Source: Neovahlkampfia damariscottae
Taxonomy: Eukaryota
Assembly (NCBI GenBank): GCA_016618085.1
Contig: JABLTG010000103.1
Location: 51,352-71,351, forward strand
Direction of reading: 5' to 3'
DNA: 20,000 bases
A program made the position numbers and the translations under genes. The notes under the pieces are model-generated. The model worked only from the letters and a program-made list of their open reading frames with translations, ran no database searches and was not told the DNA's origin. Position 1 is the first letter of the stretch. The number at the start of each line of letters is the position of its first letter. This document shows positions 9,301-18,582 of the stretch, piece after piece.

Positions 9301-11548
9301 ATTCAAAGAATCTTTGAAATGCTTTGGAAAAAATGCAAATGATACAGGGGTTTGTTCAGGAAATGGTTTTTGTTCATCTTCGAATAATTGTACCTGTTCC
9401 ATTGGATATTACGGAAATGAATGCAATTTTTACAATTGCAATGAAAAGAGTATGACAGATTCAACGGTTTGTTCATCAAATGGATTTTGTTTAAGCCCAA
9501 ATAACTGTTCATGTTTCGCTGGTTATGTTGGTTCTGATTGTGAATCACCAACGTGCTTCGGTTTCAATTCATCAAATCCTTCCACTTGTTCATCAAATGG
9601 TATTTGTTCAGGTGTTGATAGATGTATGTGCAAACCAAAATTTTCAGGTGAAAAATGTGAAAAAAATGAAACAGTTGAATATTCAGGGGATTTGAATTGT
9701 GCTGTTTTTTCCAATGACTATATTCGATTTTATCAATTTAAAAAATCGATGATTATTGAACCAAGTATTTGCACAACATCTGGATGGGCAGGTGTCGCAT
9801 TTCACAAAAAACAAGGAATTGATACATCAATGTTTCTTGCAGTTTCTTGGTATTCTTCTGGAGGATCAGAGCTAAAAATCAGTGAACTCAAAAATCACAG
9901 AGAGAAATCAATTCTCAAGAAATCAACTGTTGGGCTATTATTTCCAGATGAAGAATCAATTCCAGATGTTAGATTTCAAAATAAACAAAGATTCACCATT
10001 AGAGTAGACGACATTTTAATCAAGAACTATGATTATATTTCAATTGTTTGTGGAAGTAAATCACCGATTCAAAACAATTCAACAATCACTTTTTCGTATC
10101 ATGAATCAGTCAATACAAGATATTTCAACATATCCAATACACTATCAATTTGTGATGCATTTGTTCTTTCTGGTTTTTCAAATAGAATTGCGGATACATC
10201 TGAAAATTTATGGTTCATTGAAATGGGAGTTTATCTTATTATTTTATTTGTTGTTTTAGTTTTCAAAGATCATCAACCTTTAAAATCAAGAGGTTTTGTT
10301 CCTTATTTAGCATTATTGTCACAATATGGAGCTACTTTTTCATCTATTCAATATTACTTTTTTGATTTGGAATGGAGGTCAAAATACTCTTGTTATTTAC
10401 AAACTTTTCTTTATGAAAATTTCTTGTCAGTTATTTTCTTAATTATGCCTTTGAATTACTTAAGATATGTTGTTTTAATCAATATGAACAAAGACAAACA
10501 GTTAGTTTCAAAGACTGGAAGAAAATCATTATACTTCAAATTTATAATGATGTTGAAATTTATTGCTTCCCCAAGATTTTCATTTTTCATCATTTCATCA
10601 TTTTGGATTCTATTGACGATGGTTGATTTTCTAGTTATTTCAGCTTTGCCACCATTTATGAATTGCACAACGAGAAAATCATTTGGAATTTATTTCCTTC
10701 ATCTTGTTGTTAATATTGTCTTTGGTATTTTATTGATTATCATTGGAATTATTGATATTATCTCAAATGTTATTCGTTACTTTGTGAATATCAAAAAGAG
10801 AAAGCAATATCGAAGATTGGCTTGGTTGAAACTCTTAAAAGATGAATTCTTTGATTTCTATTTCAAGGGTGATCCTTATTTCTTCAGAATTGAACAAATC
10901 ATTGCATTTTTTGTATTCTGTTTATATGTCATGTATGAAGTTGTAAATTTCAATCGACTCATTTTTGGTGAAGAGAATCTATTTCATTTGTACCTTGGAA
11001 AATATTTTTCAACGATTGGAAGATCAGTCATCACTTATGCTTTTGCATTTTATCAAGTACTTTTACCTTTGATAGTTGCCATATTCCTCATTTCGATTAA
11101 ATTAATCAAAGGTTGGTTTGTAACCAAAATAGAAACTGATGCAGATGAATTGGATTACTTCTTATCAAAACCTGAATTTTTTGATTTGTTTTTGGTCTTT
11201 GCTCAATCAGAATGGTCACAAGAGAATGTATTAGCATTCAGGGATGTCAAGAAATATCGTCAATTGAAAAATGAAAAAAGATTAAATCATGCATTTGATA
11301 TTTATTACATGTACTTGAATGGTGAAAATGCACCTTTACAAATCAACATTGATTCCAAAAGTTGCAATGACTTGATGAAAATTATCAATGATCCAAAATC
11401 TAAATTGTCAGATACTCTATTTAATGGTATTGAAAAAGGAATCAAAATTAATTTATCTGACACTTGGTCTCGTTTTATTTTGACAAATGAGTTTTCAAAT
11501 TATCAAAAGAACAGAGAAATTCAACTCCAAGAAATGAAATTCCTATAA
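3380..11548 (+). CDS. Giant cell-surface 7TM-RGS protein (~2517 aa): signal peptide, RCC1x14, EGF-like x5, RCC1x14, EGF-like x8, DOMON-like, 7TM, RGS; 20 exons
   Basis: ATG 3380 with signal peptide MNWLTTTLSLLLFCAVVVS. Nineteen GT-AG introns give one continuous frame of 7554 nt: 3467-3496, 3513-3544, 3557-3591, 3714-3748, 3893-3931, 4082-4111, 4271-4300, 4815-4849, 5299-5332, 5480-5508, 6409-6440, 6457-6490, 6503-6533, 6656-6691, 6986-7016, 7164-7196, 7756-7787, 8237-8266, 8417-8443. RCC1 motifs (ISAGxxHSL...VFGSNxxGQLG). Cys repeats CFGxxxxxxxVCSxNGxC..CxCxxGxxGxxC. Seven hydrophobic segments at ~10210-11100. RGS motifs FLVFAQSEWSQENVLAF, QINID, DTWSRF. Confidence 0.85.
5788..6360 (+). repeat. 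Five tandem 8-cysteine EGF-like repeats (~39 aa each)
   Basis: Units begin CFGILES, CFGINAT, CFGVNST, CFGLNST, CFGINAT, each followed by VCSSxGxC..CxC..G..C. Confidence 0.9.
8726..9660 (+). repeat. Eight tandem EGF-like repeats
   Basis: Units begin CFGIWST, CFGKNST, CFGIYSN, CNGVSVS, CYGKNST, CFGKNAN, CNEKSMT, CFGFNSS. Confidence 0.9.
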
Positions 11549-11682
11549 ATAGTTTTTTTAACATATTTTCATAATTGTCTTTGTCTCACAACACAAGTTC
11601 ATATTGAAGCATTGATATTGAAGGTGAACAACATAAGTTGAGCAACATTTATAAAACAAAAAATTTAAGAAAAATATATATC

Positions 11683-11756
11683 TATCGAAGGTGGGACTCG
11701 AACCCACAACCTCCCGCTCCGTAGGCGGGTGCTCTAACCAATTGAGCCACATCGAC
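11683..11756 (-). tRNA. tRNA-Arg (anticodon ACG)
   Basis: Reverse complement: GTCGATG-TG-GCTC AATTGGTTA GAGC-A-CCCGC CT ACG GA GCGGG-AGGTT-GTGGG TTCGAGT CCCAC-CTTCGAT-A. Downstream T-run on the minus strand at 11670-11674. Confidence 0.95.
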
Positions 11757-11921
11757 TTTGTTGTTTACATATAACAAAGTGAAAGTATTTCAAACTGAAA
11801 AATCATCTTCTTTTATTTGTTTTCAAATTTGTCCAATAGTTGTTTGAATGGTCAGTAGTTTGTCAAAGAAAGTTTTGAAAATACTGTCTCATATCCGGTT
11901 CATGTTGAGAAATCCAAATTG

Positions 11922-12378
11922 ATGCATTCTGATTCTTTGAAAATTATTTATCTTGGTGATTATAATGTTGGAAAGAGAACAGAAGAAACAAATTTATCTA
12001 AATCTAACAGAAGTATTGTTTTTTCAAATACTGTTACAGAGAGTGTCGTCGTTCTACATTATCTGAAGAATTTCTTCGAATGAACTTTTTTTTCAATGGA
12101 ACTCAATACAATCTCGAATTCTGGCAAACTGGAGGTTTTACTTCAAAATTGTTCCTGAAGATGAATTCATAGAAAGAACATCAAATTGTGATTTTATTGA
12201 AATTAGTTTGAAAAAAGGAAAAAATATGGATGATTTATTAACTAAAATCATGAATTTTGTGGTTGAACCAAAATTCAGAAACAAAGTTGCAAAACAGAAA
12301 ATTTGATTTTTGAATTTTCAGAGAATATTAGGTTGTTTGAATACAAATTTTTGGAATTTATTTGATTTTTTAATTTGA
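11922..12378 (+). pseudogene. Degenerate Ras/Rab-like small GTPase gene (probable pseudogene)
   Basis: ATG 11922 gives MHSDSLKIIYLGDYNVGK (G1/P-loop-like), with a stop at 12081-12083. A second frame gives RRSTLSEEFLRMNFFFNGTQYNLEFWQTG (G2/G3-like). A further frame gives DFIEISLKKGKNMDDLLTKI (G5-like). No G4 (NKxD) region. The 3' end is uncertain (12306, or 12378 via intron 12286-12321). Confidence 0.65.
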
Positions 12379-13452
12379 TTGAACTTTCAATTTGAACACA
12401 ACATCTGTGTATTCATCGAAATTTTTGAGGATATCATTTCCATAAATACCTTTACCAATTTGAACTTTCCACACTTCATTTCTCAATTTCACATTATCAG
12501 TACCTCCAAATCTATCCAAAATAAAAAAAAATTTTTTGACATACATGTACAAGGTATCTTCATAAATGAACGCATCACTGAAACTTCTTGGACAAGGAGA
12601 ATTTTTATATTCCAATTTTTTCCAAATGTGACTGGTCAAATCATATTTGTAAAAGTTATTAGTATAAGTTAAAACCTCTTTTGAGTAAGATCCAGATGAA
12701 TCACCACCATAGGATCCACCAAAGATATAAATGAAAGCTTCATATTTTACACCACATTGTCCTGATGTTTTAACTGGAAATTCACCAGTTGTTTTGATAA
12801 ATTTCCAAGTTTTGGTTTCAAAGTTGAAGGAGTATAAATCATTGAATCTTTCTGCATTCGTTCCATATCCACCATAAATAAATAACTGATCTGAATAAAC
12901 TATAGGTGTTATACCGGATCTATCTGAAGGTATATCTCCTTTTAAATTATCAATTTGAGTTAAAAATGATGTTTCAGGATTGAATTTTAACATTTGATTG
13001 GTTCTGGCTCTGTTGTCTGAAAGTAATCCAAAAATGAAATAAATATGATTTTTATAAACAATTGAAGAATGATAATATCTGTTCTTTGTTGTATATAAAC
13101 TATTGTAGTTAATTTGTTCCCATGATAAAGTTTCAAAGTCAAATTTCCATAAATCGTTTTTACCTCCATGATTCCATCCACTGAACAAATACATATTTCC
13201 ATCATACATAATTGAAGAGTGACCCATTCTAGGACCAGGAGAATTTTTGGCATTGACTAAATCCCATTGTTTTGAAATTAAATTAAACTTGAAAAAATCT
13301 TCAGTTGTTGAAATTGTATCTTCATCATAACCTCCATAGACATAGATAAAATTTTGATGTAAAACTACAGTTGAACATATGTGTTTTGGTTTAATGTCTG
13401 ATCCAGTCTTAATTTCTTTCCAACTTTGTTCTGGTTGCATTTGATGGTCCAT
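12370..13452 (-). CDS. Kelch-repeat beta-propeller protein; intron 12512-12544
   Basis: About six Kelch repeats (IYVYGG, MYLFSG, IYFIFG, LFIYGG, IYIFGG and spliced LYIFGG). Removing the 33-nt in-frame intron GTATGT..TAG restores YIFGG. Ends in YTDVVFKL, like the first strand of a BTB domain. Confidence 0.9.
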   Translation of the reverse strand: MDHQMQPEQSWKEIKTGSDIKPKHICSTVVLHQNFIYVYGGYDEDTISTTEDFFKFNLISKQWDLVNAKNSPGPRMGHSSIMYDGNMYLFSGWNHGGKNDLWKFDFETLSWEQINYNSLYTTKNRYYHSSIVYKNHIYFIFGLLSDNRARTNQMLKFNPETSFLTQIDNLKGDIPSDRSGITPIVYSDQLFIYGGYGTNAERFNDLYSFNFETKTWKFIKTTGEFPVKTSGQCGVKYEAFIYIFGGSYGGDSSGSYSKEVLTYTNNFYKYDLTSHIWKKLEYKNSPCPRSFSDAFIYEDTLYMYVKKFFFILDRFGGTDNVKLRNEVWKVQIGKGIYGNDILKNFDEYTDVVFKLKVQSN

Positions 13453-13524
13453 GAGAGGCAGAAGTTTGATTGGACAAAATTGACATGAGTTTTAATGATG
13501 TTTTCAACACAAAAAAATTAAATT

Positions 13525-14430
13525 TTATTTTTTACAAATGATAAAAGTGGATTGACCATGTTTTTTTCTCAATTCTTCTTTTTTTTTGAGAAATTCAATG
13601 ATGGTATTGTCATCAATCATCATTTGAATTTGAAGAATCATTTGATCAATTTGTTCATCTGATAAAACAGAAAAACCAGAATCACCATCTCTCCATTCTT
13701 TATTTAAAGGTCCTTTTGGATTTAAATAATCATATCCAATCATCAAAGAATCTTCCAATTTATTCATTGAAATCAAATTTAATTGAGAAGTTTCAATCAT
13801 TTCTTCAAATTGTTTTTGTGATGGTAATTTCTCATTAAAAATTTTAATTGTGTTTGGAATGAAATCTGAGTACCAATATCCTAATTCATATTGTTTTGGG
13901 AATGTTGTATTAATGATAAATCTACCATTTGGTTTTAAAACTCTTTGTACTTCTTTAAACATTTTAGTTGCATTTTCACGAGTTGAATAATTTTTTTCAT
14001 CATCCAAATGATGAATCACTTGAGTGGTGATCACAATATCATAGGAATTTTCTTTCATTGGTAATGAAGTTACAAGACCTTGATGGATTTTGACATTCGA
14101 AAGATCTTTCATTTTTTTCTTTGCTTGTTCTAACATTCCTGAATTGGCATCTAAATTCGATTTTTTGTTAGAATTTTTTTTTCGTTTTTTTTTTCTTACC
14201 AATTCCTGTTACGCTTCCAAAATATTTTGAAAGTTGGTAGATATAGTTTCCAGAACCACAACCACAATCTAAAAGATCAAGTTCATGAAGTGGTTTTCCT
14301 AAATCTTTCGCGAATTTCAAAATTTGATCAAGACCAACTGGTATTCTAGTTTCGTCGTAGTTCTTTGAGGTAACTATGAATTATTAATTTCAATATTGTT
14401 CTAACTTGAATAGTTTTCGAAGTGGGACAT
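13525..14430 (-). CDS. Class I SAM-dependent methyltransferase (~274 aa); exons 14430-14406, 14373-14200, 14150-13525
   Basis: Introns 14374-14405 (GTTAG..TAG) and 14151-14199 (GTAAG..TAG) give MSHFENYSITSKNYDETRIPVG...LLDCGCGSGNY (motif I)...VTGIDANSGML, then LPMKENSYDIV, QVIHHL and RVLKPNGRFII. Confidence 0.9.
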
Positions 14431-15158
14431 GTTTTTGTTTGAGGTTCAAATTGATTTATTTTCAAGATAATTTCTATTCGTCAATTATCCCTTTAACCTT
14501 TTTTGGAATTCTAGATGAAAATAAATCAGAATTAAAAATAATTTTTAAAATAATATTTGTTGGAATTGTTCAAATAGAATTCCATTGCTTAGAACAGCAA
14601 GTCCACATACAAACCTCTAATAGAAAAGATGGAAAAACATCATCATTGTGTGGTTGGCCATCAGAAAATTTTTTTTGGTTGCTTCAAATGTTCAGCAATT
14701 TCATCACCGAATCCCACTTTGTAACAAAGGATTTTGCAGTATAATTTATTATATTAAATATCTACAGTGAATTTCTTTGAAAAAAATGATAATGTTTGAC
14801 GAGTTGTTAAACGATTTATAGAAATGAATCAGGAGAATTTAAGAACCAATCATTAAGTTAGAACTAGTAAACCAATGAAATAGTATATATATGAATACTT
14901 TGAATTAGTCAATTGTCTTGATTTAGGAAACGAAGCAAGAATAAACTTTACATTCAATTTTAAACCCTAATTTTAAGACAACGTCATGTTAAAAAGAAAA
15001 ATAAAAGCAATAATTAATTCGAAAATAAAAGAAAAAATTAACAATTTTTAAAGATTGAACATCACAATCCAAAAAGCGAATGAACTATTTATAATTCGAA
15101 TATTTTTATTATTTCTGGAGAAAAGGAAAAAATACACAATTGGAAATTTGGTAAAAGA

Positions 15159-17578
15159 ATGTCTGTTCAAATTTGGGCATATTCGAAGAACCAATCAAAT
15201 ACAATGATTACTTCTAAGAGAGAAGTTGAAACAAAAAACGACATAACCCTTAGAATCCAGAACTTCCTAGAAATATATGGAATATCTCTGGTGGCTTTAA
15301 TGTTTGTTCTCTCAAATTTTCATGTCGGATATTTTTTGCTGTTCATCTTGGATACAGTAACACATCTTTTTCTACTGTCAACTTTCAAAAATAATTATTT
15401 TGGATTTGGATACTCTTTCATGATATGGATGAAAAAATTCATTATCTTGCCAATGTAAAAAAAAAAAAATTTGTGATTTTTAACAAAAGGTACTTTTACA
15501 CACTCGGACCAAATTCCACATTACCTGCTTGGACCATGTCAATGACTCAAGTCATTGGTTTAACAAATTTAAAATCAGATTTTGTCACTGGAAAAGTCAG
15601 AGATGTTTGTTACTTGCTGCTGACCACAGAAATTGTTTTTTCAATGCATTTTTTTGCAGATTATAGTGTTCAAAAATGTTCAGCCATTTCAACTGTCACT
15701 TTATTTTTCGTTTATTATTTCATCAATATTTTGGAAGCTGTTTCAGAACTTGTCAACAAACTACAAGAGCAATATTTTCGATACAAAAATTTAGTTGATG
15801 TGATAAGTGGAGTATTCATAATAGCTGATGAAAAATTAACCATTACCTTCGTAAACAAAGGTATTTTAGGTCAAAAACCAAAAGAGATCCTTGGTAAAAA
15901 TTTGAAGGATTTACCTTTCTATGATTCGCGGAAAATCAACCAATTAAAAAAGACTCACAAAAGACAAAAGTACAACTGGAAACACAAAGATTCATCAGAT
16001 AATCTATTATGGTACGATATTGATTTGTGTTTTCAATTTTCAAATTCAAAAAATTCTTATGAAATTGCTTTGTTGATTCAAGACATATCTTTGGAAAAAA
16101 AAATGGAAGAAAAAGAGAAAATTAACCTTCAAAAGATTACATCTTTAAAGGCAAAAAATGAATTTATCGCTTCTGTATCGCATGAAATCAGAAATCCACT
16201 TCAAGTAATTTCATACAACACTGAGAACTTGTTGACGAAAGAAGTAAGTCAAGAAATTAAAGAATCCATAAAGGATATTCATGACGCAACAAAATTTCTA
16301 TCCACTATCATCGGAGATATTTTAGATTATTCAAAAATTGAAGCAGGTGCGATGAAAATTGTCAATCAAAAATTTGAATTGTTAAGCATGTTGGAAAATT
16401 CAATAATTATGAATTCGAAAAATTGTTTTGAAAAAGGTTTGAAAATGTATTTCGATTTTGATTTTTCACTCCCAAAATATTGTTTTGGCGATGCTTCAAG
16501 AATTCTTGAAGTCATTAACAATTTCATCACGAATGCAATAAAATACACAAAAGAAGGCCATGTTCAATTGAATGCAAAACTTCAAACTGACATGAATATT
16601 GAAAAAATACTCATTGAATGTGAAGATACTGGAATTGGAATTTCAAAAAAAAATTTGAAAAATCTCTTTGATCCATTTGTACAAATTCAATCAGAAAAAT
16701 ATTCTCCAACAAAATTCAAAGGATGGGGATTGGGTTTATCAATATGCAAAAAACTATTAAATTTAATGAATGGAGAATTTGGAGTTGAAAGTGTCTTGGG
16801 AAAAGGAACAAAATTTTGGATGTCAATTCCAATTCCTCCAATTGAAGACAACCCAAAATATTGCGAGATTTTGAAGAAATCTGAAGTTATTTTCAACAGA
16901 GTATCGATAATTCATTCAGATACAAAGGTTGTCAATCAAATTGTCAAAATTTTTCAATTGTTAGAGATACCTGAAATTGAACAAAACTCCATCAATTTTT
17001 TGGAAAATCAATTAGTTCTGGCTCAAAAGAATTCATTAGAAAATATACCTTTGGATATTTTTCCAAATATGAGAATAATTGAAATCACAAACGAATCATC
17101 AAAATATCAAAAATTAAAATATCCAATTCTTCCTTCATCTCTGTTCAAGATACTTTTGAAAGAAGAGAGAAAAGAAACAATCAATGAAATTGTAAATTTC
17201 AATAAGAAATTAAATGTTCTTGTTGTTGATGATAATACATTGATTTTGAAATCTCTTGAGAGATTATTACGAATACTTCATGTGAAAAATATTACAACTG
17301 CAAAAAACGGAAAGGATGCTTTTAATATTGTGAATGAAAGTAAACAGATTTTTGATATAATTTTTATGGATATTTCAATGCCTGTGATGAATGGAATTGA
17401 AGCTGCTGAAATGATTAGAAATTTGAAAAATGAGAAAAGTCGATGTTTAATATACGCACTGACAGGGAATGCATTGATGAAATCAATTGATGAACAAAAA
17501 ATTGAATGGAAAATGGACGACATTTTATCAAAACCCATCAACAAAAATGAACTGGAAACAATTTTGAAAAATATATGA
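15159..17578 (+). CDS. Membrane-bound hybrid sensor histidine kinase (~794 aa): TM region, PAS-like, HisKA, HATPase_c, receiver; intron 15455-15489
   Basis: A 35-nt intron joins the 99-aa and 717-aa ORFs (ILPM|YFY). H-box ASVSHEIRNPL, N-box NNFITNAIKYT, G1 DTGIGI, F-box LFDPFVQ, G2 GWGLGLSI. Receiver VLVVDDN, FMDISMPVMNG, ALTG, LSKP. PAS-like VFIIADEKLTITFVN...EILGKNL. Confidence 0.93.
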
Positions 17579-17790
17579 GATTAAACAGTTCATACTACAA
17601 CTTTGAATAAAACCATTCACTTCTGAACGTCTGAATTTGATCATATCTGATCCATAAATAAGCATCTTCATAGATTCCAATTGTGATTCTTTGTTAAACT
17701 TTAAATTCAAATGAATTTGTTTTGTTTACCTAAATGATAAAATAAGTTCCCAAGGTGGTTTCTATTTCAGCTGACCAATTAAATCTGTCA

Positions 17791-18450
17791 ATGAAGAAAA
17801 CGATTGAATACTTGAAACAGAGAGCACCACCAACATTCTTCCAACAATATTTACAAATATCAACAACCTTTTTTGGACTATTTGTTGGAACAGTTACACT
17901 TTCAAAACATTTCAAAGAACAAGATTTAAAAAAAGAAAAAAAAAAAGACAACAACATAACCATGGATTTAGAAAAATTATCCGACCGTCATAAACGATAT
18001 AATGTTCATGAAATGAATCATAAAATATCTTGCTATCAAAAAAAAATTGAGAAACAGAGAGAGAAATACAACATCTTTCCATACAGTTTGTTTTGGTCAC
18101 ATGAAGCAAGAGATTGGGCTGATATTTGGTTAGAAAGAAGGAACCAAAATGATCCAGAAGCTAAAGAAATTGAATTTTATAGAATTCAATTGAAAGGTTT
18201 TTTTTACCATGTTAAGGAAGTTTATGAGAAGAATCCTGACAGATTGGAAGTTTTGAAGAATTTTATGACAGATGATCCAATTCAAGAAAAGTGTGCAATG
18301 AAATTTTTGAGATTAGTTTCACCTTTGGATAAGGCGAGAATTAAAGCTCAATGTCATAACGAAAATGCGGAGTTTTTTTGGCAGAAAGAAAAACCAATTA
18401 TTTATCAATTTGTAAAGGATTATTATGAAAATTTGAATAAAATTAAATGA
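17791..18450 (+). CDS. Hypothetical protein (~219 aa) with one N-terminal hydrophobic segment
   Basis: Uninterrupted ORF with protein-like composition. First in-frame ATG is at 17791. Hydrophobic stretch ISTTFFGLFVGTVTL. No family confidently recognised. Confidence 0.7.
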   Translation: MKKTIEYLKQRAPPTFFQQYLQISTTFFGLFVGTVTLSKHFKEQDLKKEKKKDNNITMDLEKLSDRHKRYNVHEMNHKISCYQKKIEKQREKYNIFPYSLFWSHEARDWADIWLERRNQNDPEAKEIEFYRIQLKGFFYHVKEVYEKNPDRLEVLKNFMTDDPIQEKCAMKFLRLVSPLDKARIKAQCHNENAEFFWQKEKPIIYQFVKDYYENLNKIK

Positions 18451-18582
18451 GAATTGAATAGTTTCAAAGGAAATCGGACCTTCCTAATATAATTGTTTTA
18501 AAAAAAGGAAATGTAAACTTTATTTAGTTAATAAAATTTCCATTTTGATCTTTACTTGTTTGTTTTCCTGCCAAAATTTTTG

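Larger units (their letters stand above)
3437..9663 (+). repeat. Internal tandem duplication of an RCC1x14 + EGF-like cassette (copy A ~3437-6365, copy B ~6380-9663)
   Basis: Matching segments in A/B: LYGCGRN/LYGSGKN, LFLRNDSTVW in both, YEPVQIP/YKPVQIP, TGEKHSL/TGEDHSL, CGHEHT/CGFEHT, IDASFYNSF/IDASYFNSF. Intron positions and phases are shared. Confidence 0.9.

Noticed and set aside
5788..9660. Regularly spaced ~117-nt repeats as a CRISPR-like or non-coding array
   Set aside because: They are codon-degenerate EGF-like protein repeats, with no invariant DNA repeat and spacer structure.
8466..10668. Nested ORFs inside the last receptor exon (e.g. 8673-9317 +, 9036-9254 -, 9303-9551 -)
   Set aside because: Off-frame or antisense by-products of repetitive Cys-rich coding sequence, with no motifs.
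11558..11752. 64-aa minus-strand ORF (MWLNWLEHPPTEREVVGSSP...)
   Set aside because: It is a translation of the tRNA-Arg gene.
13409..13486. Upstream out-of-frame ATG (25-aa uORF) overlapping the Kelch start
   Set aside because: It lies only ~40 nt from the upstream gene's stop and may be outside the transcript; no evidence of function.
14406..14744. 112-aa + strand ORF
   Set aside because: TTG start, overlaps the methyltransferase first exon on the opposite strand, and has no recognisable motifs.
1..17578. Signalling operon or cluster (PIP5K, 7TM-RGS, GTPase, histidine kinase)
   Set aside because: Intron-containing eukaryotic genes in mixed orientation. These families are large in amoeboid protists, so adjacency is weak evidence without synteny or co-expression.
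15159..17578. Bacterial contamination or recent transfer of the histidine kinase
   Set aside because: It contains a host-type 35-nt intron and its composition matches the neighbouring genes.
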